64,000 nucleotides of DNA. It comes from an archaeon (lineage in GTDB: Archaea > Nanobdellota > Nanobdellia > Pacearchaeales > DTIR01). Position numbers and translations under genes: made by a program. The notes beneath the pieces were generated by a model. The model was not told the DNA's origin. It saw nothing but the letters and a program-made list of their open reading frames with translations, and did no database searches. Every line of letters begins with the position of its first letter. The stretch's first letter is position 1. The stretch spans positions 129,187 through 193,186 of the forward strand of contig JAZDFA010000007.1 of the NCBI GenBank assembly GCA_043808285.1, written 5' to 3'. Positions 51,544 through 61,370 of the stretch are shown here, piece by piece.

Positions 51544-52386
51544 ATGTCAGGAACATTTAACAAAGATTTAAATTTGGGTGCTGTTTTGTTTATAACTAGA
51601 AAAAAAGGTGAAAAAATGCATGCTTTAGCGTTATCTTCTGGTTCGTCTGGAAATTGTTTTTACATAGAGGACAAGGGAAATGCAATTCTTATTGATGCAG
51701 GCATAAGTGCAAAGAAGACAGTGCAGACGTTATCCTCTTTTGGCAAGAATGCGGCAGACATAAAAGGAATTTTTTTAACACATGAGCATACAGACCATAT
51801 TAGGGGGGTGGAAGTTCTTTCAAAGAAATTAAAAATTCCTGTTTTTGCAACAAAAAAAACATTTCAGAATTCTTCCTTTGAAGGAAATGAAGAACTGCTT
51901 AATTGCATAAGGAATAATGAAGTGACTGACATTGGCAGTTTGAGTGTAGAGGCGTTTTCAAAGTTTCACAAATCTGCAGACCCGGTTTCATATACTGTTT
52001 CTGCAGCGGATAAAAGAGTTTCAGTAATAACTGATTTGGGCACTAGGTGCAGCAATACAATAAGCCATGTGAAAGATGCGGATTTTCTCTTCCTTGAATC
52101 GAATTATGATGAGGATATGCTTTCTGATGGGAAGTATCCTGCATTCCTCAAGCAATGGATAAGCAGCAATAAAGGTCATCTGTCAAACATGCAGGCATCA
52201 CTTCTTGTTCTTGAGCATGCCTCTCCAAAACTAAAGAGTCTTGTGCTCTCGCACCTAAGCAAGAATAATAACAACCCCGAGCTTGCGTTAAATACAATGC
52301 ATACTTTGATTAAAGAAAGGCATGATTTGAAACCCCAGATTTCTGTGTCATTAAGAGATGTTCCTACCGCTTTGTTCTGTATCTAA
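51544..52386 (+). CDS. MBL-fold metallo-hydrolase
   Basis: It has THEHTDHIRG (HxHxDH) and IDAG. The likely true start is the internal MHALALSSGSSGNCFY. Confidence 0.75.
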   Translation: MSGTFNKDLNLGAVLFITRKKGEKMHALALSSGSSGNCFYIEDKGNAILIDAGISAKKTVQTLSSFGKNAADIKGIFLTHEHTDHIRGVEVLSKKLKIPVFATKKTFQNSSFEGNEELLNCIRNNEVTDIGSLSVEAFSKFHKSADPVSYTVSAADKRVSVITDLGTRCSNTISHVKDADFLFLESNYDEDMLSDGKYPAFLKQWISSNKGHLSNMQASLLVLEHASPKLKSLVLSHLSKNNNNPELALNTMHTLIKERHDLKPQISVSLRDVPTALFCI

Positions 52387-52417
52387 AAAATGAAAATTTT
52401 TAAACAGATTATATCTA

Positions 52418-52954
52418 ATGTGTAAAATGGACTCAATACTTTTTGCATCGCTTTTGATTTTTCTTTTTATATTATGGTTTTTCTATACTAGATTTACTGG
52501 TGCAGAATATTATCCAACTACAAGAAGAAAAATGGAAAAGATGCTCCAGTATGCCTCATTGAAAAAAAATGATGTTGCTTATGATTTGGGATGCGGAGAC
52601 GGAAGATTAGTTATTGCTGCTGCAAGGAAATGCCGCAAGGCAGTTGGTATTGAGATAGATTTCCTAAGATTTGCCATTTCATTTGTCAAAGCAAAGTTGC
52701 TTGGCTTGAGAAATGCAAAAATTATCCTTGGAGATTTGTTCAAGCAGGATTTAAAGGATGCGAATGTTGTTTTTCTTTTCCTGAGGCAGTGGACAAATGA
52801 CAGACTGCAGGAAAAACTTTCAAAATTAAATAAAGGAACAAGAATTGTATCGCATTATTGGATATTCAAGGGTTGGAAAGCCGTAAAGAAGGATGACAAG
52901 CTCAAGATTTACCTGTATATAGTGGGGAAGGGAATGAAGAAAGGTAAGAAATGA
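52418..52954 (+). CDS. Class I SAM-dependent methyltransferase with an N-terminal membrane helix
   Basis: 178 aa. It has the motif I sequence AYDLGCGDGRLVIAAA and a GDLF post-I pattern. Confidence 0.7.
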   Translation: MCKMDSILFASLLIFLFILWFFYTRFTGAEYYPTTRRKMEKMLQYASLKKNDVAYDLGCGDGRLVIAAARKCRKAVGIEIDFLRFAISFVKAKLLGLRNAKIILGDLFKQDLKDANVVFLFLRQWTNDRLQEKLSKLNKGTRIVSHYWIFKGWKAVKKDDKLKIYLYIVGKGMKKGKK

Positions 52955-53425
52955 TTATTTTTGAGAATTATCTGTTGGCTGGGCATCTAAAACCTTGTAT
53001 CCTTTTAAATCCCTATACATAAACTGAGTTTTAGAATCAAATTTAGGCAAACATAAAAAAGCCTCCCACCATTTTCCATCTCTTGAATATCTATCATTCT
53101 GTATCTCTTTGTAAGAAACAACTGCTTTCTCCCCAATGGCTTTAAATTTTTTATAAATTTGTCCATAGTCAGATTCAAATACTGCATTCTTGCCTTTAAA
53201 CTTTACAGAGAAACTTTCATCCTCAATCATAACCATCCCTAAAGTAATCATGACTGGATCTAGCTGATCATACTTAGGGGTATGTTTCATAGAAACAACA
53301 ACAGCCTCCTTTTGCTTTACTGGAGAGTTTGCTGGAATATCAAACTCATATTTGCATCCGCTTGCCAGTATAGGCAAGGCTATAGTTAGTGTTCCAACAC
53401 CTAGTATCTTTTGAAGTTTGTTCAT
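52955..53425 (-). CDS. Putative lipoprotein
   Basis: 156 aa. The signal peptide ends in a lipobox-like LASGC. Confidence 0.5.
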   Translation of the reverse strand: MNKLQKILGVGTLTIALPILASGCKYEFDIPANSPVKQKEAVVVSMKHTPKYDQLDPVMITLGMVMIEDESFSVKFKGKNAVFESDYGQIYKKFKAIGEKAVVSYKEIQNDRYSRDGKWWEAFLCLPKFDSKTQFMYRDLKGYKVLDAQPTDNSQK

Positions 53426-54147
53426 TTTGCCATTACCCTCTCTATTTTATTTGCAGCATCAGCTGGCTTATAAGATAATGAGACTTCATTATCCTGTTTT
53501 CCAAGGAGTGAATTGATATTATCCATTATCTTTGAAGCATTTAATTCGGATTTCATCAGATATGCATCTAAAGTAGAACCATTTGGATTAACCCAATAAC
53601 TTGGCAAACACTCCACAGGTTCATTGCCGCTCTTTTGATGGGCAGCAACTGCCTCAGGAACTGAATGCAGATACATCCTATCATAACCCTTGTTATATGC
53701 AGCTGTTTCTGCAATCTTCTTTGATATCTTATACATTCCTTTTCCCTGGTATTCTGGGTGAGTTTCAACAAGCTCAAGATAGAATGCTTTGTTATCTTTT
53801 AGCTGTGGGCATTCATAAGCAGTAGTATAATTCATGTTCTTTTGGTTCTGTTTGTAATGTGAAGCAGGATAACAGATTATATAGCTCATTATCTTCCCAG
53901 TATTCTTATCTTCAATAGCTAGGTTGATTCCTTTCTTGTCACTTAAGATGTCCTTGAGTGCTTGTTTAGAATAATCAAGATCCTTGTACATTGATTGCAG
54001 CTGATAAAGTTCATCAAAATCATTAAGTGAAGTAGTTCTCACTCTTGCATTCATCCCTTTAAGGGTTTCATTGCTTTCATTTGTGTTTTTTACAAGTGTT
54101 TCCAAGCCCATTATTTTTTCAAGTCCTTTCATTTTGTTTTTCTCCAT
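53422..54147 (-). CDS. GNAT-family N-acetyltransferase (putative)
   Basis: 241 aa. LELVETHPEYQGKGMYKISKKIAE fits the acetyl-CoA-binding motif A (Q/RxxGxG/A). Confidence 0.5.
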   Translation of the reverse strand: MEKNKMKGLEKIMGLETLVKNTNESNETLKGMNARVRTTSLNDFDELYQLQSMYKDLDYSKQALKDILSDKKGINLAIEDKNTGKIMSYIICYPASHYKQNQKNMNYTTAYECPQLKDNKAFYLELVETHPEYQGKGMYKISKKIAETAAYNKGYDRMYLHSVPEAVAAHQKSGNEPVECLPSYWVNPNGSTLDAYLMKSELNASKIMDNINSLLGKQDNEVSLSYKPADAANKIERVMAK

Positions 54148-54262
54148 GTTTATTTTTTGTTTACTCCTTAATAGTTATAATACTTCGGCATATAATAAAG
54201 TTATGATGTAAAAATAAGCTTTTACCGAAATATTTATATATTAAATTAGTCTAAAGAGGATT

Positions 54263-55282
54263 ATGAGGCTTGATGGCACTAGAGGGGAGATAAACCTCGA
54301 TAAGAAGGATAGAAAGATAATTGAGATGCTTGCAAAAGATGGGCGAGTTCCGTTGACTCAGATTGCAAAGAAGTCAATGCTTAGCAAGGATTCTATTGCC
54401 TACAGGATAAAAAGGCTGCAGGAGCGAGGGGTAATAAAAAAGTTTTGTACAATCGTCAATTACAAAAGTTTTGGATACACCGCCTATAATGTGCTTTTGC
54501 AAACAAGGGAGGTCACAACAGAAACAGAAGAGAAATTTTTAAAGTATCTTGACAAAGAACCAAGGATAATAGATGTTATTGATTATTCTGATATTATTGA
54601 TTTTCAGATAAAGATTCTTGTAAAGGACATAGAGGAATTTGACAGTATTATATCTTGGATAAAGAGAGAATTTGCAGAAATTATTGAGCATATAATAACT
54701 CTTCACGTAGTTGAAGAGATGAGCAATAGAATACTTCCATTAGAGATGGGGGATGCAAAAATAGAGAGCAAGTCTGGCGGTGTTGCTAAGCTTGATGAAA
54801 AAGACATAAAAATAATCAAATTGCTCAATGAGAATTGCAGGCTTTCTAGTTATGATATTGCCCCCAAGATAGGCATTAATGCAGACACAGTGATATACAG
54901 GATAAAGAAGATGGTTTCAAGCGGAGTGATAAAATTTACTACTGTAGTAAATCTCTCTGCTCTTGGCTACAGTGGCAATGCACTTATGCTGAAATTAAGG
55001 ACATTGGATGAAAAAAAGGAGCAGGAAATAGAAGATCATATAAAGTCAAATGCAAATCTCCTCACCGCAGAAAAGACAATAGGTGAATGGGACCTTGTCC
55101 TTCATTTTGTCACAAAGGATGCAAGGGACTTTCATAGCATCATAAAGAAGATAAGAATGGAGTTTGGCGCATCAATCCTTGTTTATGACACTTTAATGGT
55201 GTATAGGGAATATGAATTTGATTATGGGAGTTTTCTTTCAGAGGATGAAACTGGCAAGGCAGCGAAGGGAATGAAGAAATAA
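54263..55282 (+). CDS. Tandem Lrp/AsnC-family transcriptional regulator (two HTH plus RAM units)
   Basis: 339 aa. D.KIIEMLAKDGRVPLTQIAKK..LSKDSIAYRIKRLQERGVI recurs as D.KIIKLLNENCRLSSYDIAPK.GINADTVIYRIKKMVSSGVI. Confidence 0.8.
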   Translation: MRLDGTRGEINLDKKDRKIIEMLAKDGRVPLTQIAKKSMLSKDSIAYRIKRLQERGVIKKFCTIVNYKSFGYTAYNVLLQTREVTTETEEKFLKYLDKEPRIIDVIDYSDIIDFQIKILVKDIEEFDSIISWIKREFAEIIEHIITLHVVEEMSNRILPLEMGDAKIESKSGGVAKLDEKDIKIIKLLNENCRLSSYDIAPKIGINADTVIYRIKKMVSSGVIKFTTVVNLSALGYSGNALMLKLRTLDEKKEQEIEDHIKSNANLLTAEKTIGEWDLVLHFVTKDARDFHSIIKKIRMEFGASILVYDTLMVYREYEFDYGSFLSEDETGKAAKGMKK

Positions 55283-55303
55283 TTGCTATGTGAAGGAAAA
55301 AAT

Positions 55304-55378
55304 CTTACTGCAAAACTAAGAAAAGTCCCATCCCTTCTGCCCCACTCTATATCTGCTTGATTTCACTACTATTAATAA
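55304..55378 (+). repeat. Dispersed intergenic repeat (IGR family), short forward copy
   Basis: CTTACTGCAAAACTAAGAAAAGTCCCATCCCTTCTGCCCCACTCTATATCTGCTTGATTTCACTACTATTAATAA. Confidence 0.7.
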
Positions 55379-55602
55379 AAAGATAATTTAGCGGTCGTCT
55401 AAGGTTTTTTTGGAAAGAGAAGATGGAGGGAGTAATGATTCTTTGGGATTTTCTTGGATTTTGGAGGGTAAGAGGTGAATCTGAGTTATGCCTAAAAACA
55501 ATTCAAGTGTGAAAGAAAAAAACCAATCTGCAAATCCCATAACTACAATTCGTAAGCCTTACTCTATAACTCCTAAACTGAATACAACAATTAACAACCT
55601 CC
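55379..55602 (+). repeat. Dispersed intergenic repeat (IGR family), long forward copy
   Basis: AAAGATAATTTAGCGGTCGTCTAAGG...AATTCAAGTGTGAAAGAAAAAAACCAATCTGCAAATCCC...TTCGTAAGCCTTACTCTATAACTCCTAAACTGAATACAACAATTAACAACCTCC. Confidence 0.8.
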
Positions 55603-55644
55603 ATATTCCAAAAATATTAAATAAGAGATAAAATATAATCAAAT

Positions 55645-55926
55645 ATGGACCTTAAGGAGATACAAAAAACAGTAAAGAGAAGAATAAATCTTTATGTTTC
55701 TCTTTACAAGGATAAAAGAACTCCATTAATTTCTAAGGTATTTTTATGGATTGCAATTGGATATTTTTTCCTGCCATTTGATTTAATTCCAGATTTCATT
55801 CCAATCTTAGGGCAGCTTGATGACCTGATTATTGTTTCTGGTTTTATTTTTCTCTCGTTGAGGTTTATTCCTAAAAAGGTGTATGATGAGAATTATAGAA
55901 AAGTGTTTGGCAAAAGAATTAAATAA
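55645..55926 (+). CDS. DUF1232 (YkvA-like) membrane protein
   Basis: 93 aa. It has the hallmark DLIPDFIPILGQLDDLIIV. Confidence 0.7.
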   Translation: MDLKEIQKTVKRRINLYVSLYKDKRTPLISKVFLWIAIGYFFLPFDLIPDFIPILGQLDDLIIVSGFIFLSLRFIPKKVYDENYRKVFGKRIK

Positions 55927-55946
55927 CCAGATAATATTATCTTATT

Positions 55947-56162
55947 ATGGTTAAAGAATCAAAAAAAGTGGCGGAAGTCAAGTGCAAAACATCTGCGGGG
56001 TGCGGACCTTCTGGCGCAGTTTACGGCTTAGGGTTTATTGGTGCTGCAATCTATTTCATTGGAAAAGCAACAACATTCTGGGCTGGCGTCTTAGGATTTT
56101 TTAAAGCAATGGTTTGGCCTGCATTTTTAGTCTATGAGGCGCTGAAATATTTGAAGATTTAG
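55947..56162 (+). CDS. Small membrane protein
   Basis: 71 aa with two hydrophobic helices. Confidence 0.35.
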   Translation: MVKESKKVAEVKCKTSAGCGPSGAVYGLGFIGAAIYFIGKATTFWAGVLGFFKAMVWPAFLVYEALKYLKI

Positions 56163-56211
56163 GAACTTGAGTTAGCGGGTTTGGGGAAGAAGGGAAGAAA
56201 AAGAATTAATC

Positions 56212-58350
56212 TTATCCAACAATATCCAAAACCTCCTCTCCATACTTCATTATCTTGGTTTTGCCTATGCCATAAATATCCTCAAGTTCTTTGGAAGTTT
56301 TTGGGCGTTTTGATGCTAATTCATTTAATGTAAGGTCTGTGAATATGCAGTATGCTGGGACTTTTTCTTCCTTACTTTTTCTAATTCTCCATTTTTTTAA
56401 TTGCTCAAGAAGTGCCTTTTCGTCTCCGCCTTTACTTTCACGCTTGACACCCTCAATTATTTCCATCATACCCTCGCTTATGAAATATGTTGGCTTCTTG
56501 CCGGAGTATGTGAGGTGCAGTTTCTCAGCTGCTCTGCTCATTGCAACATAAAATAGTCTTCGCTCTTCTGCTTCCTTGTCATATTCCTCTGCCTTCACCA
56601 TTTCTATTACTGGATGCTCGCTTGCCCTGCATGGAAAATTAAGAGAGGTGCAGCCAACAACAAAAACAATCTTTGCCTCTAAACCCTTAATTGCATGTAT
56701 TGTTGCGAGCGTTACATCTTCTTTCTTTGCAATTGCAGTCTTTCTTACCTCATCATTTCTTACAACATGGTTTATTTTAGCCTTCTTCATTCTCTCGGAA
56801 AGGTCTTTTAGCTGCCTGTTTGTCCTTGCAAGAACAAAAATATTATGCCTCTCCTCTTCACTTTCAAGTATCCTACTTATTACAAAATCATATTCTTCAT
56901 CCTCAGAGTCAAAATCAGAAAGATGAACGCATTTCTCCCCCTCAATTGTATGCTCTAAGTCAGGAAGATTCATCTCCTTTATCACAGAATTAATAGTTTC
57001 AACTATATGCTTTTTTGAGCGGTAATTCTTTGTAAGGGTTATTACACTGCACTCTGGATATTTAACTGGGAAATTAATAATGTAATGAACATCAGACCCT
57101 CTCCATCCAAAGATTGACTGCCTTGGGTCTCCAACACCAAAGATATTCTTTGGGTTAAGCAGGTCTATTAGCTCAATTTGTGAGGAGTTCACGTCTTGGT
57201 ATTCATCAACCAATATATGCTCAAATTGCGGGATAACACTTTTGTCCTGCTTGAATAATTTTATTGTGTCAATCATCTGGTCTGTAAAGTCCCTCAGGCC
57301 GTTTTCCTGCATATACTCCTCAATTGATTTAGCTATATTATATATCATCTTGGCAGCATGCTTGTTCTCGCTTTCTGCCATGTGCGAGAAATCCTCTAGT
57401 TTTTCGTTGCGGCTCTTGTAATAATCCAGTATGAAAAAGCAGTCATTCATTAAAAGGTTTGCAAGTTCTTCGCTTGTCCTGTTGTTTATTTTATTTCTTG
57501 TGAAATAATTGTCTATAGCATAATCCATGCCAATCTTGTTCTCATTCAAGGCATAATTCATTGCCATGATTTTGTCTCCATAGTTCATCACTCTTGTAGG
57601 AATAGAATAAATTTTTTCTGCATTGCTCCTTAGAACTTTTTCACAGAACGAATTGAATGTCTCAACCATTATATCGCTAAGGCTAAGATTAGCAAGCCTC
57701 CTAGCCATTTCTCTGCGTGCTTTTCTTGTGAATGTTATTGCAAGTATCTTGTCTGGAGAAACAGATTTGTATTTTACAAGAAACTCTATTCTCTTTACAA
57801 GAACTGTCGTTTTGCCGCTTCCTGCACCCGCAATGCAGAGTATCTTGTCATTGCTTTCTATTATTGCTTTTTTCTGCTCTTCATTGTAACTTTTAAGGAA
57901 ACTATCAAGCTCTCTGAATATCTCTCGGTCTTTCTCGCTTATTTGGGTGGCAGCGTGGCTGAATAATATATTCTTGTTTGAGAGTGTGGGATTGTCAATT
58001 TCATCTATCCCTTTCTTTGTGAGTACCAATACTTTTGAAAACTGGTTCTCATCCATCGCTACTATTTTTATCATGCCATTCTGCATAAGCCTTTCAATCA
58101 TTGCGCTTATCTTGTCGTCAGAATAATTAAGAGAGCCAAAATTGTCAAGAAATGCAAGCTTGTTTTTTTCTATCATTTTCGAATCTTTCCCCTTTAGAAA
58201 ATCCACGAGATTATTTTTTCCAAGGGGAAAAGGAATTTCATACAGCGCCTTTAGCACATGAAGATAATCCATTTCCTTAACACTCTTAATCTCGTCTGGG
58301 ATTACTACATTTCCATTATTATCAAAATTTAACTGCCCCATTTTTATCAT
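56212..58350 (-). CDS. UvrD/PcrA-type SF1 DNA helicase with an N-terminal RQC-like winged helix and a C-terminal HRDC-like domain
   Basis: 712 aa. It has AGAGSGKTT, ITFTRKA, VDEYQDVN, GDPRQSIFGWRG, NYRS, IHAIKGLEA and VAMSRA. The C-terminus AYCIFTDLTLNELASKRPKTSKELEDIYGIGKTKIMKYGEEVL resembles a RecQ HRDC domain. Confidence 0.85.
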   Translation of the reverse strand: MIKMGQLNFDNNGNVVIPDEIKSVKEMDYLHVLKALYEIPFPLGKNNLVDFLKGKDSKMIEKNKLAFLDNFGSLNYSDDKISAMIERLMQNGMIKIVAMDENQFSKVLVLTKKGIDEIDNPTLSNKNILFSHAATQISEKDREIFRELDSFLKSYNEEQKKAIIESNDKILCIAGAGSGKTTVLVKRIEFLVKYKSVSPDKILAITFTRKARREMARRLANLSLSDIMVETFNSFCEKVLRSNAEKIYSIPTRVMNYGDKIMAMNYALNENKIGMDYAIDNYFTRNKINNRTSEELANLLMNDCFFILDYYKSRNEKLEDFSHMAESENKHAAKMIYNIAKSIEEYMQENGLRDFTDQMIDTIKLFKQDKSVIPQFEHILVDEYQDVNSSQIELIDLLNPKNIFGVGDPRQSIFGWRGSDVHYIINFPVKYPECSVITLTKNYRSKKHIVETINSVIKEMNLPDLEHTIEGEKCVHLSDFDSEDEEYDFVISRILESEEERHNIFVLARTNRQLKDLSERMKKAKINHVVRNDEVRKTAIAKKEDVTLATIHAIKGLEAKIVFVVGCTSLNFPCRASEHPVIEMVKAEEYDKEAEERRLFYVAMSRAAEKLHLTYSGKKPTYFISEGMMEIIEGVKRESKGGDEKALLEQLKKWRIRKSKEEKVPAYCIFTDLTLNELASKRPKTSKELEDIYGIGKTKIMKYGEEVLDIVG

Positions 58351-58491
58351 TCATTCATTAATCAGTTTAAATAATTTGTTTTTGTCCCGTCGATTATTTC
58401 TTTGGAGAGTATAAAAATCAATTCTAAGTTAGAAAAACCGAAATATTTATAAACCACCTTTGTAGAATATTTTTAATTAATCAAATAAAAA

Positions 58492-59784
58492 ATGGCGAGA
58501 GAAAAACCAAATTTCAATGTTATTTTTGTAGGTCATGTAGACCATGGCAAGAGTACAGCAATCGGAAGATTGTGGTATGAATCAGGGAAGCTGCCAGAGC
58601 AAGAGCTTCAAAAATTAAAGGACGAAGCAGCAAGGCATGGCAAGGTTGGTTTTGAATTCGCATTCGTTATGGACAAATTCAAGGAAGAGAGAGAAAGAGG
58701 AGTTACAATTGACCTTTCTTATAAGAAACTAATTACTAAAAACTTTGAAATGACAATAATCGATGCTCCTGGTCATAAGGACTTCGTAAAGAACATGATA
58801 ACAGGCGCATCTCAAGCAGATGGTGCAGTACTAGTCGTTGCATGCCAGCATGGTGTAATGGCACAGACAAAGGAACATATATGGTTATGCAGAACAATGG
58901 GTGTTGGTCAAATGGCTGTATTAATCAATCAGATGGACACAGTAAATTATGATGAAGACAAATACAATAAGGTAAAAGCAGACTTATCTGTTCTGTTAAA
59001 GACTGCAGGTTTTAACCCTGATAAGATAAACTTTATTGCAGGTTCAGGTTTCAAGGGAGACAACATAACAAAGAAGAGCGCAAATATGGCTTGGTACAAG
59101 GGACCAACAGTACTTGAGCAATTCGACTTATTCACTCCTCCTGAAAAGCCAACTGAATTACCATTAAGAATGCCTATTCAAGATGTTTATGAAATCACCG
59201 GTATCGGAACTGTTCCAGTAGGAAAGATAGAGACTGGAATAATGAAGAACGGACAGAAAGTAATAATCTTGCCTGGAAGGACCGGAGCAGGAATAAATGG
59301 CGAAATAAAGACAATAGAAATGCATCATGAGACATTGACTGAAGCCATGGCAGGAGATAATGTTGGTATAAACATAAGAGGAGTTGGGAAGAAAGACCTA
59401 GCAAGAGGGGATGTAATCTGCGATGCAGCAAATCCACCATGTGTAGTTGAGGAATTTACAGCTCAAATAGCAGTAATCAATCATCCAACAGTAATTGCCA
59501 AAGGTTACACACCAGTATTCCATATTCACACTGCACAAGTACCTTGCCAGTTTATTGAATTGATAAAGACAATTGATTCTAAGACAGGACAAACTTCCAA
59601 GGAAAATCCAGACTTTTTAAAGAATGGAGATGTTGCACAAGTCAAGATAAAGCCAATGGGCAATCTTGTTCTTGAAAAGCAGTCAGTAAATCCTCATATG
59701 GCAAGATTCGCTATAAGAGACGCTGGCCAGACAGTTGCAGCAGGAATATGCACAGATTTAATTGCCAAGAAGATCGGCAAGTAA
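58492..59784 (+). CDS. tuf: Translation elongation factor EF-1 alpha
   Basis: 430 aa. It has [17 protein letters not shown] and NQMD, and the archaeal/eukaryotic-type N-terminus. Confidence 0.95.
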   Translation: MAREKPNFNVIFVGHVDHGKSTAIGRLWYESGKLPEQELQKLKDEAARHGKVGFEFAFVMDKFKEERERGVTIDLSYKKLITKNFEMTIIDAPGHKDFVKNMITGASQADGAVLVVACQHGVMAQTKEHIWLCRTMGVGQMAVLINQMDTVNYDEDKYNKVKADLSVLLKTAGFNPDKINFIAGSGFKGDNITKKSANMAWYKGPTVLEQFDLFTPPEKPTELPLRMPIQDVYEITGIGTVPVGKIETGIMKNGQKVIILPGRTGAGINGEIKTIEMHHETLTEAMAGDNVGINIRGVGKKDLARGDVICDAANPPCVVEEFTAQIAVINHPTVIAKGYTPVFHIHTAQVPCQFIELIKTIDSKTGQTSKENPDFLKNGDVAQVKIKPMGNLVLEKQSVNPHMARFAIRDAGQTVAAGICTDLIAKKIGK

Positions 59785-59901
59785 GTATTTTCTTTTATTT
59801 TTTATTAGTAATTAATAAATAAAGATTTATCAAAAAAACAAAATTGAAGTTTTGTTTTTAGGATCTTAAAAACCCACAATAAAACAAGAGGTTTTTATGA
59901 T

Positions 59902-60047
59902 GCAGGTTTTTAGGGATTTTTATTCCTAACCTGATGATCTTTTGATATTTTGCTCTGTCCCCATATAACCTCAATTCTTCAAAACAAATAAAAAGTCCCA
60001 TCCAACTGCCTGACTCTATAACTGCTAGATTTCTGTTAATTAATAAT
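59902..60047 (+). repeat. Dispersed intergenic repeat (IGR family), extended short unit
   Basis: GCAGGTTTTTAGGGATTTTTATTCCTAACCTGATGATC...TCAATTCTTCAAAACAAATAAAAAGTCCCATCCAACTGCCTGACTCTATAACTGCTAGATTTCTGTTAATTAATAA is collinear with 61244-61370. Confidence 0.75.
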
Positions 60048-60252
60048 AGTTAATTTAGCGGTCGCCTAGAGAAGGTTGGGGGCAGCAAAGATGGGTAAGT
60101 GGGGGGAATGTATGGGACAAATCTTAGGCAGAATTTGAAGATGTGGGCGGAGAATCTGTGTCATGCGTAAAGAAAAATAATTCATAAAAAGAAAACCCCA
60201 TGCGTAACCTTACTTCTATACTGCTAAGGCAGGGATACAACAATTAACAACC
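60048..60252 (+). repeat. Dispersed intergenic repeat (IGR family), long forward copy
   Basis: TAGTTAATTTAGCGGTCGCCTAGAGAAGGTTGGGGGCAGCAAAGATGGG...ATGCGTAAAGAAA...CATGCGTAACCTTACTTCTATACTGCTAAGGCAGGGATACAACAATTAACAACC. Confidence 0.8.
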
Positions 60253-60466
60253 AGATAGTTAGAAGTTCTGTTACCATTACTAAGTAATTAAAAAAAGAAA
60301 GATTTAAATACTACCTATGCCTATACATATTATCACCTCTTTTACCCGGGAGAGGCTTAAATCGGTGCGTCTTTTAGATTGCTGATTTAACCTCTCTTAG
60401 GGTTTCATACTATCATTACATCTTATTAAACAAAAAAGAGTTATAAGGAGGTAAAAAACAACAAAA

Positions 60467-60832
60467 ATGAAAAACTTAAAACAAATCACTGAAAATATAG
60501 CTAATAATGAAATTGCTGCTGAATTAGCAGAAGCAAAAGCTGAGTATAAACAAGCAATAAAAGAGTACAATAAATCTCTAGTTGGCACATATGGAAGTTA
60601 TGCTCTGTCCTTAGGTATTATTACTACAGGTATTTATTTCGCAGGACAAGCGGCAACTGACCTTGGTCCTAATACCCCTCAAGGGATTGCAATTCCTTTA
60701 TTTATAATAATGGCTAGTTCCTCTGTATTTGCACCGATTTTTGGTTCAAATATTTTATACCATAGTGAAAAAGCAAGGTACTTAAATTCAAAGAAAAAAG
60801 ACCTTGTTGCAAAACTTGAGGCAGCTAAATAA
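60467..60832 (+). CDS. Hypothetical membrane protein
   Basis: 121 aa. An N-terminal amphipathic helix is followed by two hydrophobic helices. It shares its first seven codons with the next gene. Confidence 0.4.
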   Translation: MKNLKQITENIANNEIAAELAEAKAEYKQAIKEYNKSLVGTYGSYALSLGIITTGIYFAGQAATDLGPNTPQGIAIPLFIIMASSSVFAPIFGSNILYHSEKARYLNSKKKDLVAKLEAAK

Positions 60833-60833
60833 A

Positions 60834-61190
60834 ATGAAAAACTTAAAACAAATTATAGGAACAGGAATGATGGCTTTAGCTTTGCCTGCAGTATTAGCTG
60901 GATGCGGCAATGATAAGACAACTGGAAAAAGCAATAGCACAGGTTATGCTAAATCAAGTCCTGCATACACAATTACAGTAAAAAGTGGAGATAACCTTTC
61001 ATTTTATCTTGGAAAAGAAGGCTATCCAATAGACCTTAATATGTATACTAAAGTTGTAAAGGCATTGAACTATGACAACAAGCAGGCATTTGTAAACTAT
61101 GACGGTGGTCAGATAAGAGACAACAGGGAAATATTATTGCCAGACCTTAATAATGATGGCAAGGTTGGCGGCAAGACAGGAAAAAGATAA
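60834..61190 (+). CDS. Putative lipoprotein
   Basis: The start is moved to ATG 60834 (MKNLKQIIGTGMMALALPAVLAGC), which gives a lipobox-like signal peptide. The track ORF starts at 60804. Confidence 0.5.
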   Translation: MKNLKQIIGTGMMALALPAVLAGCGNDKTTGKSNSTGYAKSSPAYTITVKSGDNLSFYLGKEGYPIDLNMYTKVVKALNYDNKQAFVNYDGGQIRDNREILLPDLNNDGKVGGKTGKR

Positions 61191-61243
61191 GCTTTTTTCT
61201 TTTTTTTATATTTTATTAATTTATTTAATAAGCAAAGACTAAT

Positions 61244-61370
61244 GCAGATTTAGGATATTATTCCTAAACTGCTCATCTTTGGTCATATTTATTATCAATT
61301 CTTCAAAACCAATAAATCACTCCTCCTTCTGCCCTATTCCTGTACTGCTTGATACAGCATTAATTAATAA
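61244..61370 (+). repeat. Dispersed intergenic repeat (IGR family), extended short unit
   Basis: GCAGATTTAGGATATTATTCCTAAACTGCTCATC...TCAATTCTTCAAAACCAATAAATCACTCCTCCTTCTGCCCTATTCCTGTACTGCTTGATACAGCATTAATTAATAA. Confidence 0.75.

Noticed and set aside
59925-59945. Possible C/D-box sRNA (CTGATGA at about 59929 within the extended repeat)
   Set aside because: The box is not conserved in the collinear copy at 61244-61370 (which has CTGCTCATC). I could find no matching D box (CTGA) or terminal stem at an appropriate distance.
60340-60420. Possible structured ncRNA upstream of gene 60467 (CCTCT-TTTACCCGGG-AGAGG hairpin)
   Set aside because: It is only a single 5-bp stem with no second copy or conserved flanks in the window. 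This is insufficient to call an RNA gene or riboswitch.
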